A DNA stretch of 63,461 nucleotides, counting the filler, from an uncultured Methanosarcinales archaeon (GTDB taxonomy: Archaea > Nanobdellota > Nanobdellia > Woesearchaeales > B54-G15): NCBI GenBank assembly GCA_964519225.1. It is 4 parts of 4 records of this genome, joined end to end, with 100 filler letters (N's around TTAATTAATTAA, not from the genome) between each part and the next. Parts side by side here need not be neighbours in the genome. Positions count along the whole stretch, not along the records: positions 23,231 to 40,621 come from CAZFJK010000015.1; 3 more parts are not named here. One strand, given 5' to 3'. A model generated the notes under the pieces. The model searched no databases. It was not told where the DNA came from and saw only the letters and a list, made by a program, of their open reading frames with translations. The first letter of the stretch is position 1. The number at the start of each line of letters is the position of its first letter. Position numbers and translations under genes: made by a program. This document shows positions 28,063 through 37,636 of the stretch, one piece after another.

Positions 28063-28589
28063 GATTGTTCATTGCAGTTGATTTGCCAGAACAGATAAAG
28101 GATTATCTGGAAACAGTGAAGAGGGAATTTTCAAGATATCTTTTAGCTAAGTGGGTAAAGCGAGAGGACATTCACATAACAATAAAATTTTTAGGCGAAA
28201 TAAAGGACGAGTTTGTTGATGAGATAGTAAAGCGCTTAGAGCGAATAAAAATAAAACCTTTTAGGTTATGTATTGATAGCATCGGTGTTTTTCCAGGAGA
28301 GAGGTTTGCTAGGGTTCTTTGGGTAGGTTTCGATGAAAGCAATGAGTTAGTTGATTTGAGAAGACAAATAGATGCAAAATTGCCCTTTGGCGATGAAAAA
28401 GAATTTAAGGCACATGCAACGATTGCTAGGATAAAAAAGGTAAATAATAAAAAAGGTTTTGTTGAAAAGCTGAGGGAATTTAGGATTGAAAGACTTTGCT
28501 TTGAAGTCAAGGGTTTTGTTCTGTATAAAAGTACATTAACACCCGAAGGACCTGTATATGAAGCAGTTGAAGAATTTACTTTTAGTTAG
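28059..28589 (+). CDS. thpR: RNA 2',3'-cyclic phosphodiesterase (2H family)
   Basis: MRLFIA, HIT, HAT, LYKS.L...GP.Y. Confidence 0.93.
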   Translation: MRLFIAVDLPEQIKDYLETVKREFSRYLLAKWVKREDIHITIKFLGEIKDEFVDEIVKRLERIKIKPFRLCIDSIGVFPGERFARVLWVGFDESNELVDLRRQIDAKLPFGDEKEFKAHATIARIKKVNNKKGFVEKLREFRIERLCFEVKGFVLYKSTLTPEGPVYEAVEEFTFS

Positions 28590-28691
28590 GGAATTCTTCA
28601 AAAAGCTCAAAGTCCTCTTTTGTTTTTCTGTTAAGAAAAAAGAAATTGAATAAGGTAAGAGCATCTATGTACTGTTCTAGTTTAATTGATT

Positions 28692-28961
28692 TCATTCCTT
28701 TTCCTCGGTTGAAATTGAAGGAACAGCCGCTTTTGAAATAATAATAATGTCGCCTATTGCTTTCACGAGCTGATGCGGCACGATAACTCCTTTTGCACTG
28801 CCTAGTATCTTGCTCAGGAACGATGTTTTTGTTGCTCTTATTTTCCATCCGAACACCTTCGTTGATGTGAGTATGCATTCTTCGACATCTCCGAAGTAGT
28901 CGCCAGTTTCAGTATAAACATGCATATTGTATGTTTCAGATATTTTTTTCATCTTTAGCAT
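28692..28961 (-). CDS. PRC-barrel domain protein (CdpB-like)
   Basis: VYTETGDYFGDVEE...IVPHQLVKAIGDIIII. Confidence 0.88.
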   Translation of the reverse strand: MLKMKKISETYNMHVYTETGDYFGDVEECILTSTKVFGWKIRATKTSFLSKILGSAKGVIVPHQLVKAIGDIIIISKAAVPSISTEEKE

Positions 28962-29015
28962 TTTGAAATTTGAAGTTTGAATATATTTATATATTTTTCG
29001 GGGCTGGAGAAAGGT

Positions 29016-29681
29016 ATGTTATTAAGATGTAGGAATCTTATTGTTGTTGGAACATCGCACATTGCAAGGGAAAGCATAGAAGAAGCAAAGAGAATTATTT
29101 TGCATGAAAGGCCAGATGCTGTTGCATTGGAACTCGATAAAGCAAGATTGCTTGCTTTATTTGAAAAACGAAAAGCAGGAATACTTGAGCAGATAAGACA
29201 TCTCGGCTTTAAGGGATTTATCTTGAACATGCTTGGTGCATGGGTTGAAGCTAAGCTGGGAAAGCTTGTTGGAGTTAAGCCCGGAAGCGAGATGCTTGCT
29301 GCAATAGATGCAGCAAAGGAAGTTGGAGCAAAGATATATTTGGTTGACAGAAGGATTGAAGTGACTTTGAGAAGGCTTATTAGTAAGATAACTTTTAGGG
29401 AAAAGTTAAGATTTGTTTTGGATTTGCTTGCAGGTTTGTTTTTAGGTAGAGGAATTAAAATAGATATCAGCAAGGTTCCTTCGAGAGAAATAATCAAACA
29501 GGCTATCGCGTATGTAAAGGCAAGATATCCTAATGTTTATAAGGTTTTGATAGAGGAGAGAAATAAATTTATTGCGAGAAACCTGCGCAAGCTGATGGAA
29601 CGACACGAGCTTGTTGTTGCTGTTCTTGGAGCAGGACATTGTGAAGATGTCATTGAGCTGATTGAAAGCGGAAAAATTTAA
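29016..29681 (+). CDS. TraB/PrgY-family protein
   Basis: VGTSH, PDAVALELD, PGSEM, DR, ERN, VLGAGH. Confidence 0.92.
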   Translation: MLLRCRNLIVVGTSHIARESIEEAKRIILHERPDAVALELDKARLLALFEKRKAGILEQIRHLGFKGFILNMLGAWVEAKLGKLVGVKPGSEMLAAIDAAKEVGAKIYLVDRRIEVTLRRLISKITFREKLRFVLDLLAGLFLGRGIKIDISKVPSREIIKQAIAYVKARYPNVYKVLIEERNKFIARNLRKLMERHELVVAVLGAGHCEDVIELIESGKI

Positions 29682-29697
29682 TATTTAAGTTGGTAAT

Positions 29698-30414
29698 ATG
29701 GCAGTTATGGAATTGTTATCAAGAATCAAGCATGATTTTGGTTTTAGTAAAGACGAGGTTGTTGGTTTTCTGATAAGTGCTGCTGTTTTTGGTTTTATAT
29801 ATGCTTTTAGGCGTTTTACTTTAGGAGAGCTGTTGAGCGCTGTTGCTTTTGTTTTAGTGAGTATTGTTTTTCATGTTAGCATTCAAAAGATTGTTGGTTT
29901 ACACTATGGCGTAAAAGTTGAGTACAGGGTTTGGTGGTATGGTTTGCTTGCAGCATTGATTGTTTCGTTGCTTTCTGGAGGCAAGGTTTGGTGGATCATT
30001 GTTCCTGGTGGCATAACATGCAGTTTAATAGCGAGATACAGGGTTGGCGCTTTTAGATATGGTTTGAACTACGCTATGCTCAGCGTTGTTGCAATAAGCG
30101 GGCCTATTGCAAGTTTAGCTTTTGGTTCTTTGTTTAAAAATCTGGTTTTGTATACGCCGTTTGGATTGCCTATATTCAACGATATTTACAGATGGAATTT
30201 AGTTTACTGCTTATTTACACTTTTACCAATACCACCTTTAGATGGCCATTATTCTTTTTTCGGAAGCAGAAATCTATATGTGCTGACTGCTGGAAGTTTG
30301 TTTGTTTATGTATTGTTGATTTTGTCAGCAAAAATTTATTCATGGATTTATGCTTTTATCGGAGGGGTTTTGATTTGGATTGTTTATTATCTCTTAATTG
30401 AGGAGCGTGGATAA
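29698..30414 (+). CDS. Site-2 protease (M50)-like membrane protein with degenerate active site
   Basis: Multiple TM, SGP and LLPIPPLDG; HExxH is replaced by HVSIQ. Confidence 0.75.
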   Translation: MAVMELLSRIKHDFGFSKDEVVGFLISAAVFGFIYAFRRFTLGELLSAVAFVLVSIVFHVSIQKIVGLHYGVKVEYRVWWYGLLAALIVSLLSGGKVWWIIVPGGITCSLIARYRVGAFRYGLNYAMLSVVAISGPIASLAFGSLFKNLVLYTPFGLPIFNDIYRWNLVYCLFTLLPIPPLDGHYSFFGSRNLYVLTAGSLFVYVLLILSAKIYSWIYAFIGGVLIWIVYYLLIEERG

Positions 30415-30415
30415 A

Positions 30416-30721
30416 ATGGGTTTAACATGGGCTGAAAAAGGAATGGTTTTGCTTTTTTTAGTTGGTTTTTTTGTTGCGTTGATTGCAAAAAGCGCTATAG
30501 TTAGTTATGTTGTGATTGCGTGCTTTGGTTTTATGACTGGAAGGCTTTTGTATTGGCGAAGAAAAAGGCCACCTTATTTTCCATGGTTTTTGATTTTAAG
30601 CGGTTTTATTTTTGGTTATGTTTGTGGTTCACTGAGATTTAATGTTTTCATCATTGCTTTGATTTATGTTGCGTTTGCTCTGCTTGCATTTTTGTTAAGA
30701 TTAGGAGGTTATTTAAAATGA
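30416..30721 (+). CDS. Small polytopic membrane protein
   Basis: Four hydrophobic segments; coupled in the operon. Confidence 0.75.
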   Translation: MGLTWAEKGMVLLFLVGFFVALIAKSAIVSYVVIACFGFMTGRLLYWRRKRPPYFPWFLILSGFIFGYVCGSLRFNVFIIALIYVAFALLAFLLRLGGYLK

Positions 30722-30882
30722 GGGAAACTGATTTAATCGATTATATATATAATAAGGTAGAAGCACTTTTTGATGAAATTGAAGCAATAAGGAACGAGAT
30801 CGAAGGGATAAAGCAGGAACTAAGCGATTTGAGAAAGGATCTTTCTCTTGGAGGGATTTTGCTGAGAAAAAGATTGGTATAA
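30718..30882 (+). CDS. 54-aa coiled-coil microprotein, missing from the ORF track
   Basis: MRETDLIDYIYNKVEALFDEIEAIRNEIEGIKQELSDLRKDL...; ATGA overlap upstream and 1 nt before the hef start. Confidence 0.65.
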   Translation: MRETDLIDYIYNKVEALFDEIEAIRNEIEGIKQELSDLRKDLSLGGILLRKRLV

Positions 30883-30883
30883 A

Positions 30884-33091
30884 ATGTTGGTTGGCTTTCA
30901 GCCGAGGCGATATCAGGAAGTAATAGCCGAAACAGCAAAGAGATACAACACTTTAGTTGTTTTGCCAACAGGACTTGGAAAGACTGCAATAGCTTTAATG
31001 CTTGCTGCAAACAGGCTTTCTGTTTATCCGGATGCAAAAGTTATTTTTCTTGCACCTACAAGACCTTTGATACAGCAACACTATGAATACTTTAAGAGGC
31101 ATTTAGCTCTTAAAGAAGATGCATTTGCTTTGCTTGTAGGGAGTGTTTTGCCAGCGAAAAGGATTAGAGCATTTACAGAGGCAAAGGTTTTATTCTACAC
31201 GCCTCAAACGCTTGAAAATGATTTAATGCAGGGAGCTATTAATCTTAAGGATGTTTGTTTAATGATTTTCGATGAGTGCCATAGGGCTGTTGGTGATTAC
31301 GCATATACTTTTATTGCAAAGGAATACGTTAAACAAGGAAAATACCCTAGGATAGTTGGTTTAACGGCAAGTCCTGGTTCTGATGCTGAGAAAATAAAAG
31401 AGATTATAAAGAATCTTTCGATTGAGGAAATAGAAGTTAGAAGTGTTGATGATCCTGATGTTAAGCCCTATGTAAAAGAGATCGAGGTTGAATGGATAAA
31501 GGTCGGTTTTCCTAAGCCATATAAGGAGCTTCAGCAATTGTTAAAGCGTTTTGTTTCTGAAAGGCTTGAACGGTTGAAGGAATGGGGAGTCATCAGAAGA
31601 AAAAACTTACCAAAAAAGGAATTGATTTTACTTCAGGCAAATCTGATGAAAAGGTTGTCAAAAGGTGAGCGAAAAGGGTTTCTTTTTAGCAGCGTTAGTT
31701 TGCTTTCTGAAATAATGAAAGTACAGCACGCAGCTGAATTGCTTGAAACGCAGGGTATTTTTGCTTTGCATCGGTATGTTGCAAGGTTAAAGGAACAGGA
31801 AGCGAATAGTAAAACTAGAGCTTTGAAGAACATTTTTAGAGATATTTATTTTAAGTCTGCTGTTGTTTTGATAGACAGGCTTTATAAAGAGGGGTGGAAG
31901 CATCCAAAGTTGTTGAAAGCTCTTGAGATTGTTCAAAAAGAGCTTGAGGCAAGACCCGATACAAAAATAATTGTTTTTAATCAGTATAGAGATAACGCTG
32001 TTGAGCTTGTTGATGAATTAAATAAAATAGAAGGCGTGAAGGCTGCGCTTTTTGTTGGCCAGCTTAAGAAAGAAGGGACTGGATTAAGCCAAAAAGAACA
32101 AAAAGAAGTGATTAATAGATTTAGGGAAGGCTCTTTTAATGTTCTGGTTGCAACTGCTGTTGGTGAAGAGGGACTTGATATTCCAAAGGTTGATGTTGTT
32201 GTTTTTTACGAGCCGATTCCAAGTGCTATAAGGCATATTCAACGCCGCGGTAGAACTGGAAGACACGAAAAAGGCAGAGTAATTGTTCTTGTAACTAAAG
32301 GAACAAGGGATGAAGGCTATAGGTGGAGTGCTTACAAAAAGGAAAAAGCAATGTTTTCTAATCTGAAAAAGATATTGCTTGATTTGCGAGATAGACGAAA
32401 AAAAGAAAGAGATATACAAACAAAATTAAGCAAGTTTAATGAACAGATAAAAATCATTGCTGATGACAGAGAACGGGATAAATTTGTTTTAAGAGAGCTT
32501 TTTGGTTTTGGCGTTGGTATTGAACAGAAACGTCTTGAATGTGCTGATTATTTGCTTAGCTCTGATGTTGGTGTTGAGGTAAAGAGTGTTGCTGATTTTG
32601 TTCAATCGATTGTTGATGGTAGGTTGTTCAGGCAAATTAAGATGATGAGAGAACGCTTTAGCAAGCCGTTGTTGATTATTGAAGGAGAGGAAAGTTTGTT
32701 TGAGCAAAGAGGACTGCACCCAAATGCGATTAATGGAGCTATAGCGAGCATTGTTGTTGATTACGGCGTTCCGATTGTTTGGACAAAGAACAGGATTGAA
32801 ACTGCACAGTTGCTGTATGCTATTGCAAAAAGAGAACAGGGCGAGAATAAGAAAGCAGTAAGCTTGCATGCAAAAAAGCCCAAAGAACTTTGCAGTCAGC
32901 AGGAATATGTTATTGCTGCATTGCCAGGTATTGGAAGCGGTATGGCAAAAGATCTGCTGAAGAGGTTTAGAACAGTAAAAGCAATCGTTGATGCCAGCGT
33001 TGAAGAGTTAATGCAAGTTCCGAGGATTGGAAAAAAGACAGCAGAAAAGATAAGAACTTTGCTTGATTCAGAATACGTCGCTAGCGATTAG
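30884..33091 (+). CDS. hef: Hef (FANCM-like SF2 helicase, ERCC4 nuclease, HhH2)
   Basis: PTGLGKT, DECH, TAS, EEGLD, QRRGRTGR; C-terminal ADY..VEVK..DF..S..DGRL; LPGIG, PRIG. Confidence 0.96.
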   Translation: MLVGFQPRRYQEVIAETAKRYNTLVVLPTGLGKTAIALMLAANRLSVYPDAKVIFLAPTRPLIQQHYEYFKRHLALKEDAFALLVGSVLPAKRIRAFTEAKVLFYTPQTLENDLMQGAINLKDVCLMIFDECHRAVGDYAYTFIAKEYVKQGKYPRIVGLTASPGSDAEKIKEIIKNLSIEEIEVRSVDDPDVKPYVKEIEVEWIKVGFPKPYKELQQLLKRFVSERLERLKEWGVIRRKNLPKKELILLQANLMKRLSKGERKGFLFSSVSLLSEIMKVQHAAELLETQGIFALHRYVARLKEQEANSKTRALKNIFRDIYFKSAVVLIDRLYKEGWKHPKLLKALEIVQKELEARPDTKIIVFNQYRDNAVELVDELNKIEGVKAALFVGQLKKEGTGLSQKEQKEVINRFREGSFNVLVATAVGEEGLDIPKVDVVVFYEPIPSAIRHIQRRGRTGRHEKGRVIVLVTKGTRDEGYRWSAYKKEKAMFSNLKKILLDLRDRRKKERDIQTKLSKFNEQIKIIADDRERDKFVLRELFGFGVGIEQKRLECADYLLSSDVGVEVKSVADFVQSIVDGRLFRQIKMMRERFSKPLLIIEGEESLFEQRGLHPNAINGAIASIVVDYGVPIVWTKNRIETAQLLYAIAKREQGENKKAVSLHAKKPKELCSQQEYVIAALPGIGSGMAKDLLKRFRTVKAIVDASVEELMQVPRIGKKTAEKIRTLLDSEYVASD

Positions 33092-33307
33092 TGTTTCTGT
33101 TGATGTTATATCTCGAATAGGTCTTATCTTATTTGCAATGAAATCCTGAAGTTTTGCCATGTTTGGTGCTTCTATTCTGATGATGATGTCGAATTCACCG
33201 TACAATGTATGAATTTCTTTTACTTCTTTAAAGCGAAGAAGTTTATCTGCTACGCGTTGTATTTTACCGTGCGCTGTTTGAATCAGCATGTAGGCTAAGG
33301 CTGGCAT
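33068..33307 (-). CDS. Stand-alone Lrp/AsnC ligand-binding (RAM) domain
   Basis: AYMLI...LYGEFDIII...TETLI. Confidence 0.9.
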   Translation of the reverse strand: MPALAYMLIQTAHGKIQRVADKLLRFKEVKEIHTLYGEFDIIIRIEAPNMAKLQDFIANKIRPIRDITSTETLIASDVF

Positions 33308-33319
33308 TTTTTCACCTCC

Positions 33320-34150
33320 TTATATTTTCATTTTTTTGAGCCTTTCAATCCTTTTTTGAATCGGCGGATGCGTCATGAAAAGCGTGAATAATCCTCTTGC
33401 TGAAAACGGGTTTACTATGAATAGCGAGGATGTTGTTGGGTTTCCGCGCATTGGATGAAGCCTGTTTGCTTGCTCCAGTTTCATTAAAGCGTTTGCTAAA
33501 GCAATAGGGTTTTTGATAATCCTTGCGCCTGTTTCGTCAGCAAGATATTCTCTTGCGCGTGATATTGCTAATTGGATTATCATTGCGATTATCGGTGTAA
33601 GGATACCAAGAGCAAGCAAGGCAAGAGCATTTCCAGAATCACGGTCTCTGCTGCCTGCAAAAGCTGCGAATCTTAACATAAATGCAATATAGGATATTGC
33701 TGTTGCAATTGTTGCTGCAATAGTTTGAATTAGGATGTCTTTGTTTTTGATATGGGCAATTTCATGAGCAATTACACCTTTTAATTCTTCTTTTGAAAGC
33801 AATGAAATAATACCTTCTGTTAAGGCTATGGCTGCATGTCGCGGATTTCTGCCTGTGGCAAATGCATTTGGTGTCATTGTCGGAATTATGTACGGCTTTG
33901 GCATTGGAATTTCTGCTTTGCTTGCAACAGAACGGATTAATTCTCTTATGGATTCGTCTTTCAGCGGCTTTGCTCTGTACATTGCGAGAACAATCTTATC
34001 TGAGAAAAAATATGTGATTATGTTGAAAGCGATTGCAATGAGTAGGGCAATCGTCAGGCCGTTGTAGCTTCCTATGAGATAGCCAAGGAAGAGTAGTATT
34101 GCTGATAGACTGGCAAGCAGAATTGTTGTTTTAAGTTGCGAGATGAACAT
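33320..34150 (-). CDS. htpX: Zinc metalloprotease HtpX
   Basis: PNAFATG, HEIAH, SRAREYLAD, THPP. Confidence 0.96.
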   Translation of the reverse strand: MFISQLKTTILLASLSAILLFLGYLIGSYNGLTIALLIAIAFNIITYFFSDKIVLAMYRAKPLKDESIRELIRSVASKAEIPMPKPYIIPTMTPNAFATGRNPRHAAIALTEGIISLLSKEELKGVIAHEIAHIKNKDILIQTIAATIATAISYIAFMLRFAAFAGSRDRDSGNALALLALGILTPIIAMIIQLAISRAREYLADETGARIIKNPIALANALMKLEQANRLHPMRGNPTTSSLFIVNPFSARGLFTLFMTHPPIQKRIERLKKMKI

Positions 34151-34202
34151 CAGTGTTTTTTTGGATAAAAAATATAAAAATCTTGCTCTTTAGTATTGTG
34201 AA

Positions 34203-35495
34203 ATGGATAAGAAAGAGATAATTGAGTATTATAGTAAAGATATTGTTCTTGATGCGATGGTTAAGCATGCAAGAAACAAAGAGGTTGCTGTGAAATATCT
34301 AGAGGGAGGTTTTGGAAAAAGGCCTGATGTTCTGCTTTATCCTGGAGATGTGATTGAGCATGCAAAAAAAGGAGCCGCTTCTTTCCATGCAAGCGAAGAG
34401 CTCTGGGATAATCCTTTGCTGCTTAAGCCTGATATGAGAAAACGGGAGCTTGATGAGCATAGAATAGGGTTTGATCTGATTATTGATATCGACTGTCCTG
34501 TTTTTGATTATAGCAAGATTGTTGCTGAACTAATCATAAAAGCGATAAAACAGCACGGCGTCAATGCTGTAAGCGTTAAGTTTTCTGGAAATAAAGGATT
34601 TCACATCGGGATTCCTTTTGAAGCTTTTCCAAGCCATGTTGGGGCTGATGAATTTCCTGATGCAGTAAAGAATGTTGCAGAATATCTCATTGATTATGTG
34701 AAGGAAGATTTTGGTAAAAGGGTTTTGGAATTTGAAGGTAATATAGTTGAGGTTGCAAAAAAGAGCGGGATTGATGTGAAAAAGCTTGTTAAGGATAAGA
34801 GGTTTGTTCCTGATGGTTTGCTTAAAGTAGATACGCTGCTGATATCGAATAGGCACCTTTACAGAATGCCTTTTTCTTTGCATGAAAAAAGCTGGCTTGT
34901 TTCGTTGCCATTACAGCTGAAAGATGTTTCTGGATTTAAAAGAGATGAGGCGTTGCCTGATGCTGTTGGATCTTTTAGCAAAGTGGTTTTTCTTGAGAGG
35001 AATGCTGAAAAAGGTGAAGCTAAGAGATTGTTTGACTTTGCATTGAGTTTTGTGATTGGAAAGAGGATGAGGCAGATAGAGGCTGAAAGCGAGAAAGAAA
35101 GCGAAGTTAAATTAATTAGATTTAGGAAAGCCGTTAGGGAAACGTTTTTTCCACCGTGCATTAGGCTTGGTTTGAAAGGCTTGGAAGATGGAAGAAAGAG
35201 GTTTGTTTTTTGCTTGCTGAATTTTTTAAGATGCGTCGAATGGGACTATGATGCGATTAGGCGTTTGCTGCATGAATGGAATGAGCGAAATGCCGAGAGA
35301 CTTAGGGAAAGGATACTTGATTATCAGTTAAGATATCATAAATTGAGGAAAAAAAAGATTCCGCCGCCAAACTGCGATAATGAGATGTATTACAAGGATA
35401 TTGGTATATGCAAACCTGATGCTATTTGTAAAGGAATAAAGAATCCATTGCAATATGTGAGGAAGAAGATTGATAGGCAACGTTTTAGACAGTAA
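34203..35495 (+). CDS. Fused DNA primase (PriS catalytic domain plus PriL C-terminal Fe-S domain)
   Basis: DLIIDID, FSGNKGFH, HLYRMP; then FPPC, PPNC, C..D.IC, KNPL.Y. Confidence 0.9.
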   Translation: MDKKEIIEYYSKDIVLDAMVKHARNKEVAVKYLEGGFGKRPDVLLYPGDVIEHAKKGAASFHASEELWDNPLLLKPDMRKRELDEHRIGFDLIIDIDCPVFDYSKIVAELIIKAIKQHGVNAVSVKFSGNKGFHIGIPFEAFPSHVGADEFPDAVKNVAEYLIDYVKEDFGKRVLEFEGNIVEVAKKSGIDVKKLVKDKRFVPDGLLKVDTLLISNRHLYRMPFSLHEKSWLVSLPLQLKDVSGFKRDEALPDAVGSFSKVVFLERNAEKGEAKRLFDFALSFVIGKRMRQIEAESEKESEVKLIRFRKAVRETFFPPCIRLGLKGLEDGRKRFVFCLLNFLRCVEWDYDAIRRLLHEWNERNAERLRERILDYQLRYHKLRKKKIPPPNCDNEMYYKDIGICKPDAICKGIKNPLQYVRKKIDRQRFRQ

Positions 35496-35497
35496 TC

Positions 35498-35600
35498 TTT
35501 ATAAATAAAAGAGGAGTGTCAAGAGAGATTGGCCTGAAAAGGGAGCCCTTTTTGGGCAGAGGGCTTCTCGTTTGGACGAGGGCTCTCATTAATAGGCCAT
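35498..35600 (+). promoter_or_regulatory. TATA box and GC-rich structured 5' leader of the rpl3 operon
   Basis: TTTATAAA at 35498-35505; nested stems TGGCCT/AGGCCA, GGGAGCCCT/AGGGCTCTC and CTCGT-TTGG-ACGAG. Confidence 0.65.
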
Positions 35601-35606
35601 TTGAAA

Positions 35607-36569
35607 ATGCCAAAGAAAAGATCACCTAGAAAAGGAAGTCTTCAGTATTGGCCCAGGGCAAGGGCAAAAAAGATTAGACCAAGGATTAGAAAGATCTCGT
35701 TAGACAAAGTTGGCTTGAGTGGATTTGCAGGCTATAAGGTTGGTATGGTTCATATTTGTTTGGTTGATGAAAGAAAGAATAGCATGACTAAGGGAGAACG
35801 CATTACTGTTCCTGCAACAATAATTGAATGCCCGCCGCTTAGGATTTTCGGGATAAGGTTTTACAAACTTAAGGATGGTGCTTTTGTTAGCGGAGAAACA
35901 ATTCTGAATCCGAAGCTGGATAAGGCATTAAAAAGAATTGTTCAACTGCCGAAGAAAAAAACAAAGACGCTTGATGAGGTAAAAGCTGAGGATTATAATG
36001 ACCTTGCTGTCATTGTTTACACAATGCCAAAGCTAACTGGAGTAAGAAAAAAGAAACCTGAACTTTTTGAGCTAAGCGTTGGAGGTAAAGATATTAAAGA
36101 GAAACTTGAATTTGTAAAAGGATTGCTCGATAAAGAAATAAAGATTAGCGATGTGTTTGGCGAAGGCGCGCTTGTTGATGTACATGCTGTGACAAAAGGC
36201 AAAGGCTTTCAGGGCGCTGTTAAGCGATTTGGTGTTGAAATAAGGCAGCACAAGAGCGAGAAAACAAAGAGGGGTCCTGGAACACTCGGTCCCTGGACGC
36301 CGAAGAGGGTAAGCTGGACTGTGCCGCAAGCAGGAAAGATGGGTTTTCATCAAAGGACTGAGTATAATAAACTGATATTGAAAATAGGGAAAGCAGATGA
36401 AGTAAACAAAGCAGGAGGATATTTGAATTATGGCGTGCTTAAAAGCGATTTTGTTTTGCTGAAAGGAAGCGTTCCTGGTTCGAGAAAGAGGTTGGTTATT
36501 TTTACAGCGGCAATAAGACCGAATGATAAACTTTTGATGGTTCCAAAAATTGAACAGATAATAAAATGA
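35607..36569 (+). CDS. rpl3: 50S ribosomal protein L3
   Basis: PRKGSLQYWPR, GYKVGM, TKGKGFQG, GFHQRTEYNK. Confidence 0.98.
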   Translation: MPKKRSPRKGSLQYWPRARAKKIRPRIRKISLDKVGLSGFAGYKVGMVHICLVDERKNSMTKGERITVPATIIECPPLRIFGIRFYKLKDGAFVSGETILNPKLDKALKRIVQLPKKKTKTLDEVKAEDYNDLAVIVYTMPKLTGVRKKKPELFELSVGGKDIKEKLEFVKGLLDKEIKISDVFGEGALVDVHAVTKGKGFQGAVKRFGVEIRQHKSEKTKRGPGTLGPWTPKRVSWTVPQAGKMGFHQRTEYNKLILKIGKADEVNKAGGYLNYGVLKSDFVLLKGSVPGSRKRLVIFTAAIRPNDKLLMVPKIEQIIK

Positions 36570-37372
36570 AAGTTGATGTTATTGATTTAGGTGGAAAGGT
36601 TGTGGGAAAGGTCGATTTGCCTAAACAGTTTAGTGAGGAGTATCATCCGAATTTGATAAAAAGGGCTGTTGAGGCAATACAAGCAAACAAAAGACAGCCC
36701 TATGGTGCTAAGCCCGAAGCAGGAAAAAGAGCAAGCGTTAGGCTTTCAAAGAGAAGAAGGGATTACAGGGCGAGCTATGGAAGGGGCATTAGCAGAGTTC
36801 CAAGAAAGGTTTTGCTCAAAAGGGGAAGTCAGTTTTATTTTGTCGGTGCCTTTGCGCCCGGAACTGTTGGCGGAAGAAGAGCGCATCCGCCGAAAGCTGA
36901 AAAGGACTGGTCAAAGAAGATAAATAAAAAAGAAAAGAAAAAAGCAATAAGGAGTGCCTTATCAGCGGCGCTTGATAGGGCTTTGGTTGAGAAAAGAGGA
37001 CACAAAGTTCCTGAGAAATATCCTTTTGCTTTAGTTGACGATGTGATGAAGCTTGGCAAGACAAAAGAAGTAAAGCAAGCGCTCGAAGCTCTTGGTTTAA
37101 AAGACGAACTTGAGAGAAGTGCAAAGAGAAAGATTAGGGCAGGAAAAGGAAAGCTTAGAGGCAGACGCTACAGAAGAAAAGTTGGACCGTTGCTTGTTGT
37201 GCATGAAAAGTGCAGTTTGATGAAAGCAGCAGCGAACATTCCCGGTGTTGATGTTGTTTTGGTGGAAAACCTTAATGCTGAAATACTTGCACCGGGTGGA
37301 AAGGCCGGAAGATTAACGCTTTTCACCAAAGGTGCTCTGGATGTGATGGCAAAAGAAAACCTGTTTATGTAA
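36566..37372 (+). CDS. rpl4: 50S ribosomal protein L4
   Basis: GRGISRVPR, GGRRAHPP, LAPGG. Confidence 0.98.
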   Translation: MKVDVIDLGGKVVGKVDLPKQFSEEYHPNLIKRAVEAIQANKRQPYGAKPEAGKRASVRLSKRRRDYRASYGRGISRVPRKVLLKRGSQFYFVGAFAPGTVGGRRAHPPKAEKDWSKKINKKEKKKAIRSALSAALDRALVEKRGHKVPEKYPFALVDDVMKLGKTKEVKQALEALGLKDELERSAKRKIRAGKGKLRGRRYRRKVGPLLVVHEKCSLMKAAANIPGVDVVLVENLNAEILAPGGKAGRLTLFTKGALDVMAKENLFM

Positions 37373-37373
37373 A

Positions 37374-37634
37374 ATGGATCCGACGAAGATAATCAAAGGC
37401 GTTGTTGCAACTGAAAAGGCGATTAAGTTAAGAGAGGAACAGAATGTTATTACACTGATTATTGATAGAAAAGCAAACAAGCAAAAAGTTTCAGAGGCAA
37501 TGCTGAAGATGTTTGGCGTAAAGGCAGCGGATGTGAGGGTTGTGAATACAGTTAAAGGATATAAAAAGGCTTATGTGAAGCTTCCTGCTGAAAAACCTGC
37601 TGTTGATATTGCTACTGAATTTGGTGTAATGTAA
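37374..37634 (+). CDS. rpl23: 50S ribosomal protein L23
   Basis: TEKA, KKAYVKL; operon position. Confidence 0.97.
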   Translation: MDPTKIIKGVVATEKAIKLREEQNVITLIIDRKANKQKVSEAMLKMFGVKAADVRVVNTVKGYKKAYVKLPAEKPAVDIATEFGVM

Positions 37635-37636
37635 AA

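Noticed and set aside
18208..33091. Inteins in PolB, RadA or Hef
   Set aside because: Protein lengths are normal, motifs are contiguous and no HN-C/S/T junctions were seen.
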